The notes: generated by a model not told the origin, from the sequence alone. Shown: positions 53,750-63,227, counted from the first letter of the stretch. The stretch is DNA of 64,000 bases from Acidimicrobiales bacterium (GCA_041394265.1 JAWKIO010000005.1:925976-989975), one strand, 5' to 3'. Translations and numbers: made by a program.

Positions 53750-54985
53750 CTAGCCGAGCGAGAGGTCGACCTCGACCGGTGCCAGGGCGCCGACTGCTGG
53801 CCCGAGCAGGGCCAGCAGTCCCGCTCGGACGGGGCCGCTCACTGTCGGACCATCGGTGATCTGCGAAACCACGACGTCGGGGTACAGCCGGAGATTGCGG
53901 CGCAAGCCGTCGTTCAACGAGCGAATGTAGGGCGCCAGCGCTCGACCAGTCGTGCCGTCGATGATGATGCGACTCGGGTCGATGAGTGCGCTCAGCGCAA
54001 CGATGCTCGAGATCACGTAGTCGAGGGTGTCATCGATCACGGCCATGCCCGCAGCGTCTCCGGTTTCGGCGGCATCGAGCACCCCGGCAACCGAGAGCTC
54101 TCGCTTGGCGAGCGCCGCCGGGTCGAAATCCGGATGTTGCTGCCAGCGCTCGACGATGCCTGCGGCGTTGATGAATCGCTCGAGCGGGCCACGCCCACCG
54201 GCACGACGGGAGTAGAGCTTGTCGATGCTCGAGATCAAGAAGCCGATCTCGCCAGCGGCGCCGTGGGCACCTCGCAGCAACGCTCCGCCGGAGAAGATGG
54301 CCGACCCCACGCGCTCACCAATCGAGAAGACCACGAAGCTCTCGAGGGCCACGGCTTGACCCTGCCAGTGGTGGGCGTAGGCACCGAGCGACACATCGTT
54401 CTCCACGATGAAGACGACCTCGTTGGGGTCGAAGTGACGCTCGAAGGTCGGGCCCAGCGGCACGTCGTTCCAGTCGAGGTTCGGGGCGTCGAGCGCCATT
54501 CCGCGGGCCGAGTCGACCAGTCCGGGGACCCCGATGGTCACGGCCCGAACCGGCAGCCCAAGGTCGGCCGCCAACGCCTTTGCCTCACCGAGCGTCACCG
54601 AACAGTACTCGAGCGCAAGGTCCTTGGTGAGCGAGCTTCCGAGATCATCCGGACGATGCTCCACTCGCCCGACGACGTCGCCACTGGCGTCGGCGACGAC
54701 TCCGGTCACGACACCGTCCTGGAAGCTGATGCCGAGGAGCGAGCCATACGCCGGGTTGTACTGCATTACCTCACCCGGTCGGCCCGGTCGGCTGGTGTCG
54801 GTCCCGGCGGCCACCACCTGCCCCGAGCCGAGGAGGTACTGGATGATCCGGGTGATCGTCGGCGACGACAACCCGGTGACCCGAGTGAGGTCCGCCCGGC
54901 TCATCGACCGCTCGACGAGCGCCGTCAGCACCAACGAGCGGTTCTGTTCTGAGACATCGATTTGCGAACGCGGTGGTGTGGCCAT
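53750..54985 (-). CDS. ROK family transcriptional regulator
   Basis: From ATG 54985 (MATPPRSQIDVSEQNRSLVLTALVERSMSRADLTRVTGLSSPTITRIIQYL = wHTH). The ROK sugar-kinase-like body follows (GISF..., GAHGAAGEIG). Confidence 0.85.
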   Translation of the reverse strand: MATPPRSQIDVSEQNRSLVLTALVERSMSRADLTRVTGLSSPTITRIIQYLLGSGQVVAAGTDTSRPGRPGEVMQYNPAYGSLLGISFQDGVVTGVVADASGDVVGRVEHRPDDLGSSLTKDLALEYCSVTLGEAKALAADLGLPVRAVTIGVPGLVDSARGMALDAPNLDWNDVPLGPTFERHFDPNEVVFIVENDVSLGAYAHHWQGQAVALESFVVFSIGERVGSAIFSGGALLRGAHGAAGEIGFLISSIDKLYSRRAGGRGPLERFINAAGIVERWQQHPDFDPAALAKRELSVAGVLDAAETGDAAGMAVIDDTLDYVISSIVALSALIDPSRIIIDGTTGRALAPYIRSLNDGLRRNLRLYPDVVVSQITDGPTVSGPVRAGLLALLGPAVGALAPVEVDLSLG

Positions 54986-55138
54986 GACTCCGAGGCAGGG
55001 AGAGTGGGGGCCGCCGGCAACCGAGCGTAGCAATTGACAAGAACGTTTCAATACCGCGTCAACTCGACCGTGTCGATCTCCCCTCACACGGCGCCGACAA
55101 CGTTCACAAGAAAGACATATTATTTTATGTGTATTTTA

Positions 55139-55167
55139 TTGCGTTGATTTTGATAGGTGTCTACATT
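55139..55167 (+). promoter_or_regulatory. candidate sigma-70-type promoter of the mrp operon (TTGCGT-17 nt-TACATT), implying a near-leaderless mrpA
   Basis: TTGCGT at 55139-55144, a 17-nt spacer, TACATT at 55162-55167. The mrpA ATG at 55176 is only 8 nt after the -10. Embedded in a ~25% GC island. Confidence 0.3.
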
Positions 55168-55175
55168 GATCGACG

Positions 55176-57455
55176 ATGATCGTTGCCCTTCTCGCACTCC
55201 ACGTTGCGGCCATTCCTGCCATCGCGCTGGCTGCGAACCGCCTCGGTCGACGTGGGCTGCTGATCGGTGCCGTGCCCACGCTCACAACAGCGCTCTGGGC
55301 TGCAGGCAACCCAGGAGCACCCACCGCCTCGGCGAGCTGGGTCCGCGGCCTCGATCTCTCGCTCACCTTCCAGCTCGGCCCGGTGGCGCGGCTCATGACC
55401 CTGCTCGTCGGCGGCATCGGTGCCCTCGTCTTCGTCTATGCCCACGGCTACTTCTCCGACACCGCCGCCAACCTCGGTCGGTTCGGCGCCACGCTCATGG
55501 CCTTCACGACCTCGATGCTCGGACTCGTCTGGGCCGACTCGGCGTGGACCCTCTTCATCTTCTGGGAGGCCACGTCGATCACCTCTTTCCTCCTCGTGGG
55601 ATTCAAGAACACCGATTCGGCGAGCCGAACGGCCGCTCGCCGAGCACTCACCATCACCGTTGCCGGAGGCCTCGCTCTCCTCGCCGGACTCGTCGTGCTG
55701 GTCGACGCCACCGGCACCGACCGGCTCAGCGAGATGGCCGCGGCCATCGCCAACGGCGCCGAGCTCCCGACCACCTCTGCCGCCGCGGCCGCTGCACTGA
55801 TCGTCGTTGGTGCCGCCACCAAGTCCGCCCAGTTCCCCTTCCACGTGTGGCTGCCGGGAGCCATGTCCGCCCCAACGCCGGTGAGCGCGTTCCTTCACTC
55901 CGCCACCATGGTCAAGGCGGGCGTATTGTTGTTGGCCCTCACGGCACCGATGCTCGCTTCGTCGAGTTGGTGGACCCCACTCGGTCTGTTCTTCGGTGGA
56001 ACGTCGATGCTCTGGGGTGCCATCGGTGCATTGCGCCACCACGACGCCAAGCTGATCTTGGCGTGGGGCACGGTGTCGCAGCTCGGCCTTCTGGTGTCAC
56101 TGCTCGCCATCGGCACGGCGAAGGCGGCCTTTGCCGCCATCTCACTGCTCTTCGCACACGCCATCTTCAAAGCCGCCCTCTTCATGGTCGTCGGCGAGAT
56201 CGACGTCCGCACCGGCACTCGCAACATCACCGAACTCCGTGGCCTCGCTCGCAGCATGCCCCTTGCGTTTGCGACCGCCGTTGCGGCCGGCGCCTCGATG
56301 GCCGGGGTGCCGCCATTGCTCGGCTTCGCCGCCAAGGAGGCGGCCGTCGAGGCCATCGTCAAACTCGAGGGAGCGGAACGGCTCTTCGTCGGCGGCATCG
56401 TCGTCGGGGGATCGGTGCTCACCGTGGCCTACACCGTGCGGTTCCTCCTCGGCGTCTTCGGCCCATTCGGCTCCAACCCGGGGGCGGCGCCGACCCCGGT
56501 CCAGAAGGCGCGACCCACGCTGGGACTCCCGTCGGTCGTGCTCGGCGCCACCGGAGTCATCGGCTACCTCTTCCTCGGGGTCGTCAACGACCTCGTGTCC
56601 CCCGCGGCCGTCCGAATCAACGCGGGTGCCGACGTCTACTCGCTCTACCGTTGGCCGGGGCTGACGGTGGGGCTGGCGCTCTCCGTTGCGATCGTCGCCG
56701 TCGGCAGCGCCGTTGGCTGGTCGATCGCCCGGCGTTCGACCACGGTGCCACGTCCGCTCGGGGCGTCACTCGTCGACGCTTCGATCGATGAAGCCATCTC
56801 GCGAGCACGCCGCGTCACCGGCCGCGTCCAACATGGTTCACTCCCGCTGTACGTGGCCACGATGGCGAGCGTTGCGGCCCTTGCGACCACACCGTTCCTC
56901 TGGAGTCTCGACACCTCGTCCCTGCGGTGGTGGGACCTCCCCGTCCAAGGTGCGCTGGCCCTGGCTGCCGTGGGCACCGCGTCGACCACCCTGCTCGTGA
57001 CCTCTCGACTGGGCGCCGCGCTGGCCCTGGGCAGTGTCGGCATCGCGGTGAGCGGGCTGTTCGTTGTCCACGGCGCCCCCGACCTCGTCCTCACCCAGCT
57101 CTTGGTCGAAACCGTCGTCGTCGTCGGGTTCGTCGTCGGCCTCGGCCATCTCGATCAGGAGTTCCCCCGCAGCGGCCAGGTGTGGAGAACGACGCGAGTG
57201 GTCGTGTCGGGTCTCGTCGGTGGCGGTGTCGCCATTGCGCTCGCCGCTACGGCCACCGCACCAACGGTTGCGTCGTCATCGGCCGAACTGGCCGACGGCG
57301 CCGTCAATGAGGGAGGGGGCAACAACCTCGTCAACGTCATCCTCACCGACCTTCGTGCGCTCGACACCGTCGGCGAGGTCGTGGTCCTCGCCGTCGTTGC
57401 GCTCGGAGTGCTCGCCCTTGCTCGACCCAGCAAAACAGCAGAGGACGCACCATGA
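55176..57455 (+). CDS. mrpA: Na+(K+)/H+ antiporter subunit A (Mrp/Mnh, NuoL-like)
   Basis: 759 aa. NuoL/MnhA-type motifs (WEATSITSFLLVGF, KSAQFPFHVWLPGAMSAPTPVSAFLHSATMVKAGV). First gene of a seven-gene overlapping operon. Confidence 0.9.
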   Translation: MIVALLALHVAAIPAIALAANRLGRRGLLIGAVPTLTTALWAAGNPGAPTASASWVRGLDLSLTFQLGPVARLMTLLVGGIGALVFVYAHGYFSDTAANLGRFGATLMAFTTSMLGLVWADSAWTLFIFWEATSITSFLLVGFKNTDSASRTAARRALTITVAGGLALLAGLVVLVDATGTDRLSEMAAAIANGAELPTTSAAAAAALIVVGAATKSAQFPFHVWLPGAMSAPTPVSAFLHSATMVKAGVLLLALTAPMLASSSWWTPLGLFFGGTSMLWGAIGALRHHDAKLILAWGTVSQLGLLVSLLAIGTAKAAFAAISLLFAHAIFKAALFMVVGEIDVRTGTRNITELRGLARSMPLAFATAVAAGASMAGVPPLLGFAAKEAAVEAIVKLEGAERLFVGGIVVGGSVLTVAYTVRFLLGVFGPFGSNPGAAPTPVQKARPTLGLPSVVLGATGVIGYLFLGVVNDLVSPAAVRINAGADVYSLYRWPGLTVGLALSVAIVAVGSAVGWSIARRSTTVPRPLGASLVDASIDEAISRARRVTGRVQHGSLPLYVATMASVAALATTPFLWSLDTSSLRWWDLPVQGALALAAVGTASTTLLVTSRLGAALALGSVGIAVSGLFVVHGAPDLVLTQLLVETVVVVGFVVGLGHLDQEFPRSGQVWRTTRVVVSGLVGGGVAIALAATATAPTVASSSAELADGAVNEGGGNNLVNVILTDLRALDTVGEVVVLAVVALGVLALARPSKTAEDAP

Positions 57456-57874
57456 TCGCCACCCGATCCCCCATTGTCCGGCTCGGGGTCCGAGCCGCCA
57501 CGCCGCCAGCACTGATGACGGCGACCTTCTTGTTCTTCGCTGGGCACAACCGTCCGGGCGGTGGTTTCGCCGCCGGCCTGCTCCTCGGCGCCGTCATTGC
57601 CCTGCGGACCGTTGCCGGCCTGCCGCTTCCCGCAGCGCCGACTCGCTTCCTCGCCGCCGGCATCGCCACGATCGCCCTCGTGGCGCTGGCGCCGATCGTC
57701 GGCGGCGCGGTCCTTCTCGATCAGGTCGTCGTCAAGACCAGCGTGCCGCTGCTCGGCACGGTGAAGGCCGGTTCCGCCCTCGTGTTCGACCTGGGCGTCA
57801 CACTCGTCGTCGTTGGCCTGATCGTCGCCGTCCTCGACGGGCTCGGTGCCGATGAGTTGGGAGCGGCCGAATGA
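57452..57874 (+). CDS. mrpB: Na+/H+ antiporter subunit B
   Basis: 140 aa. FFAGHNRPGGGFAAGL is the MnhB-domain signature. ATGA overlap with mrpA. Confidence 0.85.
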   Translation: MIATRSPIVRLGVRAATPPALMTATFLFFAGHNRPGGGFAAGLLLGAVIALRTVAGLPLPAAPTRFLAAGIATIALVALAPIVGGAVLLDQVVVKTSVPLLGTVKAGSALVFDLGVTLVVVGLIVAVLDGLGADELGAAE

Positions 57875-58302
57875 GTGCATCACTCATCTTCGCCATCGCC
57901 GGTCTCGCCACGATCGGCACCTACCTGATCACCTCGCGTTCACTCAGCCGGATCGTTCTCGGGTTCTCGCTCTTCGGCCACGCGACCGTGCTCGCCCTCC
58001 TGGCTGCGGGCGGACCGGCAGGCGATGCTCCGATCGCAGATCAGACCACCGTCGAAGCCGCGGCTGATCCGTTGCCCCAAGCGCTCGCCCTCACGGCGAT
58101 CGTGATCTCGTTCGGCCTCACCCTGTTCCTCCTCGCCCTCGCTCGGCGTCAGCAACAACTCACCGGCGACGACCTGGTCGAGGACGACCTCGAGGATCAC
58201 CGCGTTGCGGCCGATGCCGATGCCGAGGACGCTCGTGAGGCGGCCGCTCGGGCCGAGGCCGAACGAGTCGAAGCCAACCCGGGACCGGAGGTGTGGTCAT
58301 GA
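57871..58302 (+). CDS. mrpC: Na+/H+ antiporter subunit C (NuoK-like) with an acidic C-terminal extension
   Basis: 143 aa. Three TM helices (MSASLIFAIAGLATIGTYLITSRSL...), DPLPQALALTAIVI motif, then about 45 aa of D/E/A-rich tail. Confidence 0.85.
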   Translation: MSASLIFAIAGLATIGTYLITSRSLSRIVLGFSLFGHATVLALLAAGGPAGDAPIADQTTVEAAADPLPQALALTAIVISFGLTLFLLALARRQQQLTGDDLVEDDLEDHRVAADADAEDAREAAARAEAERVEANPGPEVWS

Positions 58303-59789
58303 CCACGTTGATGGCGCTCCTCGTCCTCGGGCCGCTGCTGGCGGCCGGTGTCGTGCTCGTCGCCGGCAACCGACACCTCGGACGCGATCTGGTCACCCTG
58401 ATCACACTGCTCTTCACCGCCGGGTCCAGCGCCGTGATCGCCGTCGACGTTGCTCGCAACGGCACCCAGGTGCTCAGGGTCGGCGGTTGGCGTCCCGATC
58501 TCGGCATCGTGCTGGTCGCCGACCTGTTCGCCGTGTTGGTCCTCGTCGTTGCGATGTGCACGATCCTGGTCGTCGAACTCTTCGCCATCGGCCAGCGTCG
58601 GACCATTGCCGGTGTCGACCCCTCCTTGGTCGGTCCGGTCCTCCTCGTCCTGACGGCTGGCGTTGCCCTGTCGATCCTCACCGGCGATCTGTTCACACTG
58701 TTCGTCGCGTTCGAGCTCATCCTCGTGTCGAGCTATGTCCTGTTGACCCATCAGGGGCAGCGGTCGCAGATTCGATCCGGCATGACCTACGTGGTGATCA
58801 ATCTGCTTGCGTCGACCTTCTTCCTCTTCGGCCTGGCGATCGTCTATGCCTCGACCGGCACGGTCAACATGGCGCTGCTCGCCGAGCGCATTCCTGACCT
58901 GCCAGATCCGCTTCGCCTCGGGATCGGGCTGTGGTTCCTCGTCGTGTTCGGCACGAAGGCGGCGATGTTCCCACTGTTCTCCTGGCTTCCTGATGCCTAC
59001 CCCACCGCCCCGACGACCATCACCGCCGTGTTCGCCGGGCTGCTCAGCAAGATCGGTGTCTACGTGATGATCCGATTCCAAGTACTCACCGGCATGGACG
59101 ACCTGGGTCCGATCGTGCTGGTGCTCGCCGGGGCGACGATGGTCGTCGGCGTCGTCGGCGCCCTTGCCCAGGACGACGTCAAGCGGATCCTGTCGTTCCA
59201 CGTCGTGAGCCAGATCGGCTACATGCTCATGGGCTTGGGGTTGTTCTCGGTGGCCGGCATTGCCGGCGCGATGCTCTTCCTCATCCACCACATGCCGGTG
59301 AAGACCGTGCTCTTCCTGGTCGGCGGTCTGGTCGAGGACGATCAGGGAACCAGTTCGCTCAAACGTGTCAGCGGGTTGGCAGCGCGCCGGCCGTACCTGG
59401 CGGCACTGTTCGCCCTGCCCGCGATGAACCTCGCCGGCCTGCCGCCCCTGTCCGGCTTCGTCGCCAAGCTCTCGCTCGTGGATGCGGGAATCGCCGTACG
59501 CTCGGTCCCGATTGTCGTCGTCTCGCTCGTCGTCAGCCTCTTCACCCTGCTGTCGATGTCCAAGATCTGGCTCGGCGTGTTCTGGGGGACACCGTCCGAG
59601 CCCGTCCCCGGTGCCCGTGCACGTTCTGCTTCAGGTACGTCGAAGTGGATCATGAATGGTGCCACCACCCTCGCCATCGCCGGCACGCTCGGTATCGCCC
59701 TGTTTGCCGGGACCCTGTTCGATCTCAGCGAGCGTGCCGCCATCGAGCTGATCGACGCCCGGCCCTACGTCGAGGCGGTCTGGCCATGA
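58293..59789 (+). CDS. mrpD: Na+/H+ antiporter subunit D (NuoN/NuoM-like)
   Basis: 498 aa. Proton-pump-subunit motifs (FELILVSSYVLL, KAAMFPLFSWLPDAYPTAPT, LSFHVVSQIGYML). Confidence 0.9.
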   Translation: MVMTTLMALLVLGPLLAAGVVLVAGNRHLGRDLVTLITLLFTAGSSAVIAVDVARNGTQVLRVGGWRPDLGIVLVADLFAVLVLVVAMCTILVVELFAIGQRRTIAGVDPSLVGPVLLVLTAGVALSILTGDLFTLFVAFELILVSSYVLLTHQGQRSQIRSGMTYVVINLLASTFFLFGLAIVYASTGTVNMALLAERIPDLPDPLRLGIGLWFLVVFGTKAAMFPLFSWLPDAYPTAPTTITAVFAGLLSKIGVYVMIRFQVLTGMDDLGPIVLVLAGATMVVGVVGALAQDDVKRILSFHVVSQIGYMLMGLGLFSVAGIAGAMLFLIHHMPVKTVLFLVGGLVEDDQGTSSLKRVSGLAARRPYLAALFALPAMNLAGLPPLSGFVAKLSLVDAGIAVRSVPIVVVSLVVSLFTLLSMSKIWLGVFWGTPSEPVPGARARSASGTSKWIMNGATTLAIAGTLGIALFAGTLFDLSERAAIELIDARPYVEAVWP

Positions 59790-60340
59790 GCAGTGACGCC
59801 GCCACCCATCGCGCTGCGCCGTGGCGCTCGCCACTGGCCATCGTTGGTGTCGCCGCGCTGATCCTCGTGTGGTGTGCACTCTGGGGTTCGTTCAGCTTTG
59901 CCAATGTTGCCTCCGGTTCGGTCGTCGCCGTCGTTGCCGCCTGGCCAGTCCTCGGACAGGCATCGCTCGCCGAGCGGGTCCGCCCGGTGGCTCTGCTGCG
60001 GCTCGTCGGCCCCGTGCTCGCCGATCTCGCCACCTCGACGGTGCACGTTGCGTGGGAGGCCCTTACACCGACCGACCACACCCAGGAGTCGGTCATCGAG
60101 GTCCCCCTCCCCAGCGAAGCACGGGCTCACCTCCTCGTCATGGTGATCGCGATCACCCTCACCCCGGGGACCGCCGTCGTCGATGCGGATCCCGACTCGG
60201 GTGTCCTCTACCTGCACCTGCTCCACGACGACCGCCGCAGCGCAACCACTCGACAAGTCGAACGGCTGGCAGCGCTCGTCGCTGCTGCGCTCCCGGCCGC
60301 CGACACCAGCTCCCAGACCCCGAAGGAGGCGACCTCATGA
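59786..60340 (+). CDS. mrpE: Na+/H+ antiporter subunit E
   Basis: ATG 59786 (ATGA overlap with the mrpD stop). 184 aa with MnhE-like LILVWCALWGSFSFANVASG...ITLTPGT. Confidence 0.8.
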   Translation: MSSDAATHRAAPWRSPLAIVGVAALILVWCALWGSFSFANVASGSVVAVVAAWPVLGQASLAERVRPVALLRLVGPVLADLATSTVHVAWEALTPTDHTQESVIEVPLPSEARAHLLVMVIAITLTPGTAVVDADPDSGVLYLHLLHDDRRSATTRQVERLAALVAAALPAADTSSQTPKEATS

Positions 60341-60624
60341 ACGTCGTGACCGTGATCGTCTACAGCGCACTCGGCATGACCGCTCTCGCCGGCGCAACGC
60401 GGGTGGCGCGCGGACCATCCCTCGCCGACCGCGTGGCAGCGCTCGACGTCATGCTGGTCGCGCTCATGGCCGCCATCGCCGCCGACGCCGGGTTCCGTCA
60501 GGACGCAACGAACCTCGCTCTGATCCTGGTCGTCGCCATCGTGGGCTTCACCGCAACCGTCGCTGCCAGCCGCTTCATCGAGCACGAGAGCTTCGGGCCC
60601 CAGCCGAACGGTGAGCGACCATGA
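60337..60624 (+). CDS. mrpF: Na+/H+ antiporter subunit F
   Basis: ATG 60337 (ATGA overlap). 95 aa. RGPSLADRVAALD motif typical of MnhF/PhaF. Confidence 0.8.
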   Translation: MNVVTVIVYSALGMTALAGATRVARGPSLADRVAALDVMLVALMAAIAADAGFRQDATNLALILVVAIVGFTATVAASRFIEHESFGPQPNGERP

Positions 60625-60998
60625 ACCCGGTCGGCGCAAGTCTCATGATCGCCGGTGCCCTTCTGGCCTTGTCCGCCGGCTTGGGCATGCTGCGGTTCCG
60701 CACGCCCTATGCCCGATTCCACGCGGCGGGCAAGGCAAGCCCGGTTGCGTTTATCCTCGTTGCCCTGGGCGCCATGACCGAACTGACGTGGGACGGCATC
60801 ATCCTGCTCGGCGTCGCCGTGGCTGCGATGATCCTCACCCTGCCCGTCGGTGTCCATCTCCTCTTCCGAGCCACTCACCGCACGACGTCGGGCACGCACC
60901 TGGTCACCGACGCCCTCGTCGGGGCCGAAGCGTTCGCGGCGGACCGGCGCCGCCGATCCACACGGTCCGTCGCTCGGCCGTCGGAGCAGGGGGAGTGA
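60621..60998 (+). CDS. mrpG: Na+/H+ antiporter subunit G
   Basis: 125 aa. GMLRFRTPYARFHAAGKA is the MnhG signature. ATGA overlap with mrpF. Confidence 0.85.
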   Translation: MNPVGASLMIAGALLALSAGLGMLRFRTPYARFHAAGKASPVAFILVALGAMTELTWDGIILLGVAVAAMILTLPVGVHLLFRATHRTTSGTHLVTDALVGAEAFAADRRRRSTRSVARPSEQGE

Positions 60999-60999
60999 G

Positions 61000-61353
61000 A
61001 TGGCGGAACCCGACGAGCACCGACACACCCAGCAGAATGCATATGATCGAGCAATGGCATTGCTCGATCTCGACACTCCGAAGCACGGTTGGACCTTTCT
61101 CACCAACCATGCGCACGTGTTGATCGCCATCAGCCGCAACGGCGACCTACGCCAGCGCGACATCTCACAGGTGGTCGGGATCACGCAGGGCGCCGTCCAG
61201 CGCATCCTCGATGATCTCGAAGAAGGCGGGTACATCCGACGCCAGCGCGTCGGACGTCGCAACCGCTACGAGATCGTCTCCGGCGTTGCGCTGCGGCACC
61301 CACTCGAGGAGAACCACACCATCGACGAGCTCCTCGCCACGCTGGAAGACTGA
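61000..61353 (+). CDS. winged-helix (MarR/ArsR-like) transcriptional regulator, apparently co-transcribed with mrp
   Basis: ATG 61000, 1 nt after the mrpG stop. LRQRDISQVVGITQGAVQRILDDLEEGGYIRRQRVGRRNRYEI is an HTH plus wing pattern. Confidence 0.7.
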   Translation: MAEPDEHRHTQQNAYDRAMALLDLDTPKHGWTFLTNHAHVLIAISRNGDLRQRDISQVVGITQGAVQRILDDLEEGGYIRRQRVGRRNRYEIVSGVALRHPLEENHTIDELLATLED

Positions 61354-61359
61354 ATCCGA

Positions 61360-62220
61360 GTGGTGCGCCGACGCTGCGCTCGTTCGGCCATTCTCGCCGG
61401 CGCCATCATGTGTGTCGCCGCCTCGTCGGGATGCTCCGACGACCGTGCCGCTGCCAACAGTGCCGCCGCCAACAGTGCCGCCGCAGCCGACACCGCCGCG
61501 TCGGTGACCCCAGCGACCGATGACGCAGACCTCCCAACCCCGTCGACGCCACCAACGAGCGAGTCACCGACGACCGTCCCTTCGAGCGCCCGCACCTCCG
61601 TCACCCTCCCCCCTCGATCGCTGTCACCGCTCGAGCTGACACCGCACGCCTTCACGTCATCGATCGATGAACTCGATGCCGTCGTACTCGATCGCATGGT
61701 CGGATCGAGCTGGACCGAGGGGTGCCCGTTCCCGCTCGACCAACTTCGCTACGTCCAGGTCACCCACCACACGCCCGATGGGGGGCAGGCCGTCGGCGAA
61801 CTGGTCGTTGATGCCGAAGTTGCCGAGGACATCGTCGCCGTCTTCGCCGAACTCTTCGCTGTCGCATTCCCGATCGAATCGCTGCGCCTGGTCGACGACT
61901 TCGGCGCCGACGACCTCCGCTCGATGCAGGCGAACAACACCTCCGCCTTCAACTGCCGCTTCGTCGCCGGCACGTCCACCTGGTCGTGGCATGCATTCGG
62001 CCGGGCGATCGACCTCAACCCGCTCGTCAACCCCTACGTGACGCCCAACGGCATCGACCCGCCCGAAGGATCGGCCTATGCCGATCGATCCCAGCAGGTG
62101 CCAGGCATGATCCAACCCGGTGATGCCGTCACGAGTGGCTTCGCCACCATCGGCTGGGCATGGGGCGGAAGCTGGGCCGGCGGACAGGATTATCAGCACT
62201 TCGACCGACGCGATGGCTGA
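61360..62220 (+). CDS. secreted M15-family metallopeptidase (D-Ala-D-Ala carboxypeptidase/VanY-like) lipoprotein
   Basis: GTG 61360. Lipobox VAASSGC. C-terminal WHAFGRAIDLNP...GWAWGGSW...DYQHFD resembles the H-x6-D...H Zn site of the M15 family. Confidence 0.75.
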   Translation: MVRRRCARSAILAGAIMCVAASSGCSDDRAAANSAAANSAAAADTAASVTPATDDADLPTPSTPPTSESPTTVPSSARTSVTLPPRSLSPLELTPHAFTSSIDELDAVVLDRMVGSSWTEGCPFPLDQLRYVQVTHHTPDGGQAVGELVVDAEVAEDIVAVFAELFAVAFPIESLRLVDDFGADDLRSMQANNTSAFNCRFVAGTSTWSWHAFGRAIDLNPLVNPYVTPNGIDPPEGSAYADRSQQVPGMIQPGDAVTSGFATIGWAWGGSWAGGQDYQHFDRRDG

Positions 62221-63217
62221 GCGCCGCCTCCGGCGTCGAGCCGCAACGGGCATCGTCGCCGTGATCACCCTCGGGCTGGCCGTGTTCGTTGGCTGCACGC
62301 CGGATTCGGCGGCGGACGAGACGACGATCACGAGCCGCCAGGGACCGGCCGCCACCCCAACGACGGCCGACGGGGCGACGCCGACCGTCGACGCTCCGAC
62401 AGCACCGCCCGTCGGTGGTCCGACAATGCCGACGGTCGGCGATTCGACAATGCCGACGGTCGGCGATTCGACAACGGCCACCGTGGTGGCGGTCATCGAC
62501 GGCGACACCTTCGACGTCAATATCGGTGGCGACATCGAACGCGTCCGGTTGATCGGCATCGACACGCCGGAACGCAGCGACTGTCTCTATGACGCCGCCA
62601 CCGATGCGCTCGCCGAACTCCTTGCCGGTCGTGACGTCGAACTCGTCGTCGACACCACCGATCGTGATCGGTTCGGCCGACTGCTGCGCTATGCCTGGGT
62701 CGGCGACGTCTTCGTCAACGAAACACAAGTCGCCAGCGGCTTCGCCGTTGCCCGCCGCTATCCCCCCGATGTCGCCGAAGCCGAGCGGCTCGAGGAAGCC
62801 GAGGCGTCGGCAGCAGCAGCGGTCCTCGGTCGCTGGGACCCCGACGCCTGCGGGCCGCGCTCGACCGACCTCGCCGGGGAACCGACCGACCTGAGGATCG
62901 ACCACATCGAGTTCGACGCCCCGGGTGACGACTCGATCGAGCTCAACGGTGAGTGGGTGCGGATCGTCAACGTTGGCCCGTCGCCCGTTGCGTTGGACGG
63001 GTGGCAGCTGCGCGATGACTCCTCGACCCATCGCTTCCTCTTCCCACCTATCGAGCTCGGATCCGGCGCGGACGTCGTCGTCTACTCCGGATGCGGTGAC
63101 GACACCGAAACCGAGCTCCACTGGTGCAGCACGACATCGGCCATTTGGAACAACGATGGCGACACGGCGTATCTGATCGATCCATCAGGCAACATCGCCA
63201 CGTCGTCGACCTACTGA
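62213..63217 (+). CDS. secreted thermonuclease (SNase) fused to a lamin-tail domain (LTD), lipoprotein
   Basis: ATG 62213 (8-nt overlap with the M15 gene). Lipobox AVFVGC. SNase motifs VIDGDTFDV...VRLIGIDTPE...DRFGRLLRY. C-terminal LTD-like IDHIEFDAPGDDSIELNGEWVRIVNVG...DGWQL. Internal 24-bp duplication (TMPTVGDS x2). Confidence 0.8.
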   Translation: MAERRLRRRAATGIVAVITLGLAVFVGCTPDSAADETTITSRQGPAATPTTADGATPTVDAPTAPPVGGPTMPTVGDSTMPTVGDSTTATVVAVIDGDTFDVNIGGDIERVRLIGIDTPERSDCLYDAATDALAELLAGRDVELVVDTTDRDRFGRLLRYAWVGDVFVNETQVASGFAVARRYPPDVAEAERLEEAEASAAAAVLGRWDPDACGPRSTDLAGEPTDLRIDHIEFDAPGDDSIELNGEWVRIVNVGPSPVALDGWQLRDDSSTHRFLFPPIELGSGADVVVYSGCGDDTETELHWCSTTSAIWNNDGDTAYLIDPSGNIATSSTY

Positions 63218-63227
63218 GGGCGCCACC

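Noticed and set aside
55157-56791. 544-aa plus-strand ORF overlapping mrpA in another frame, and the minus-strand ORF 55161-56042
   Set aside because: Arg/His/Pro-rich out-of-frame reads. The mrpA frame has the NuoL-like motifs and hydrophobic helices.
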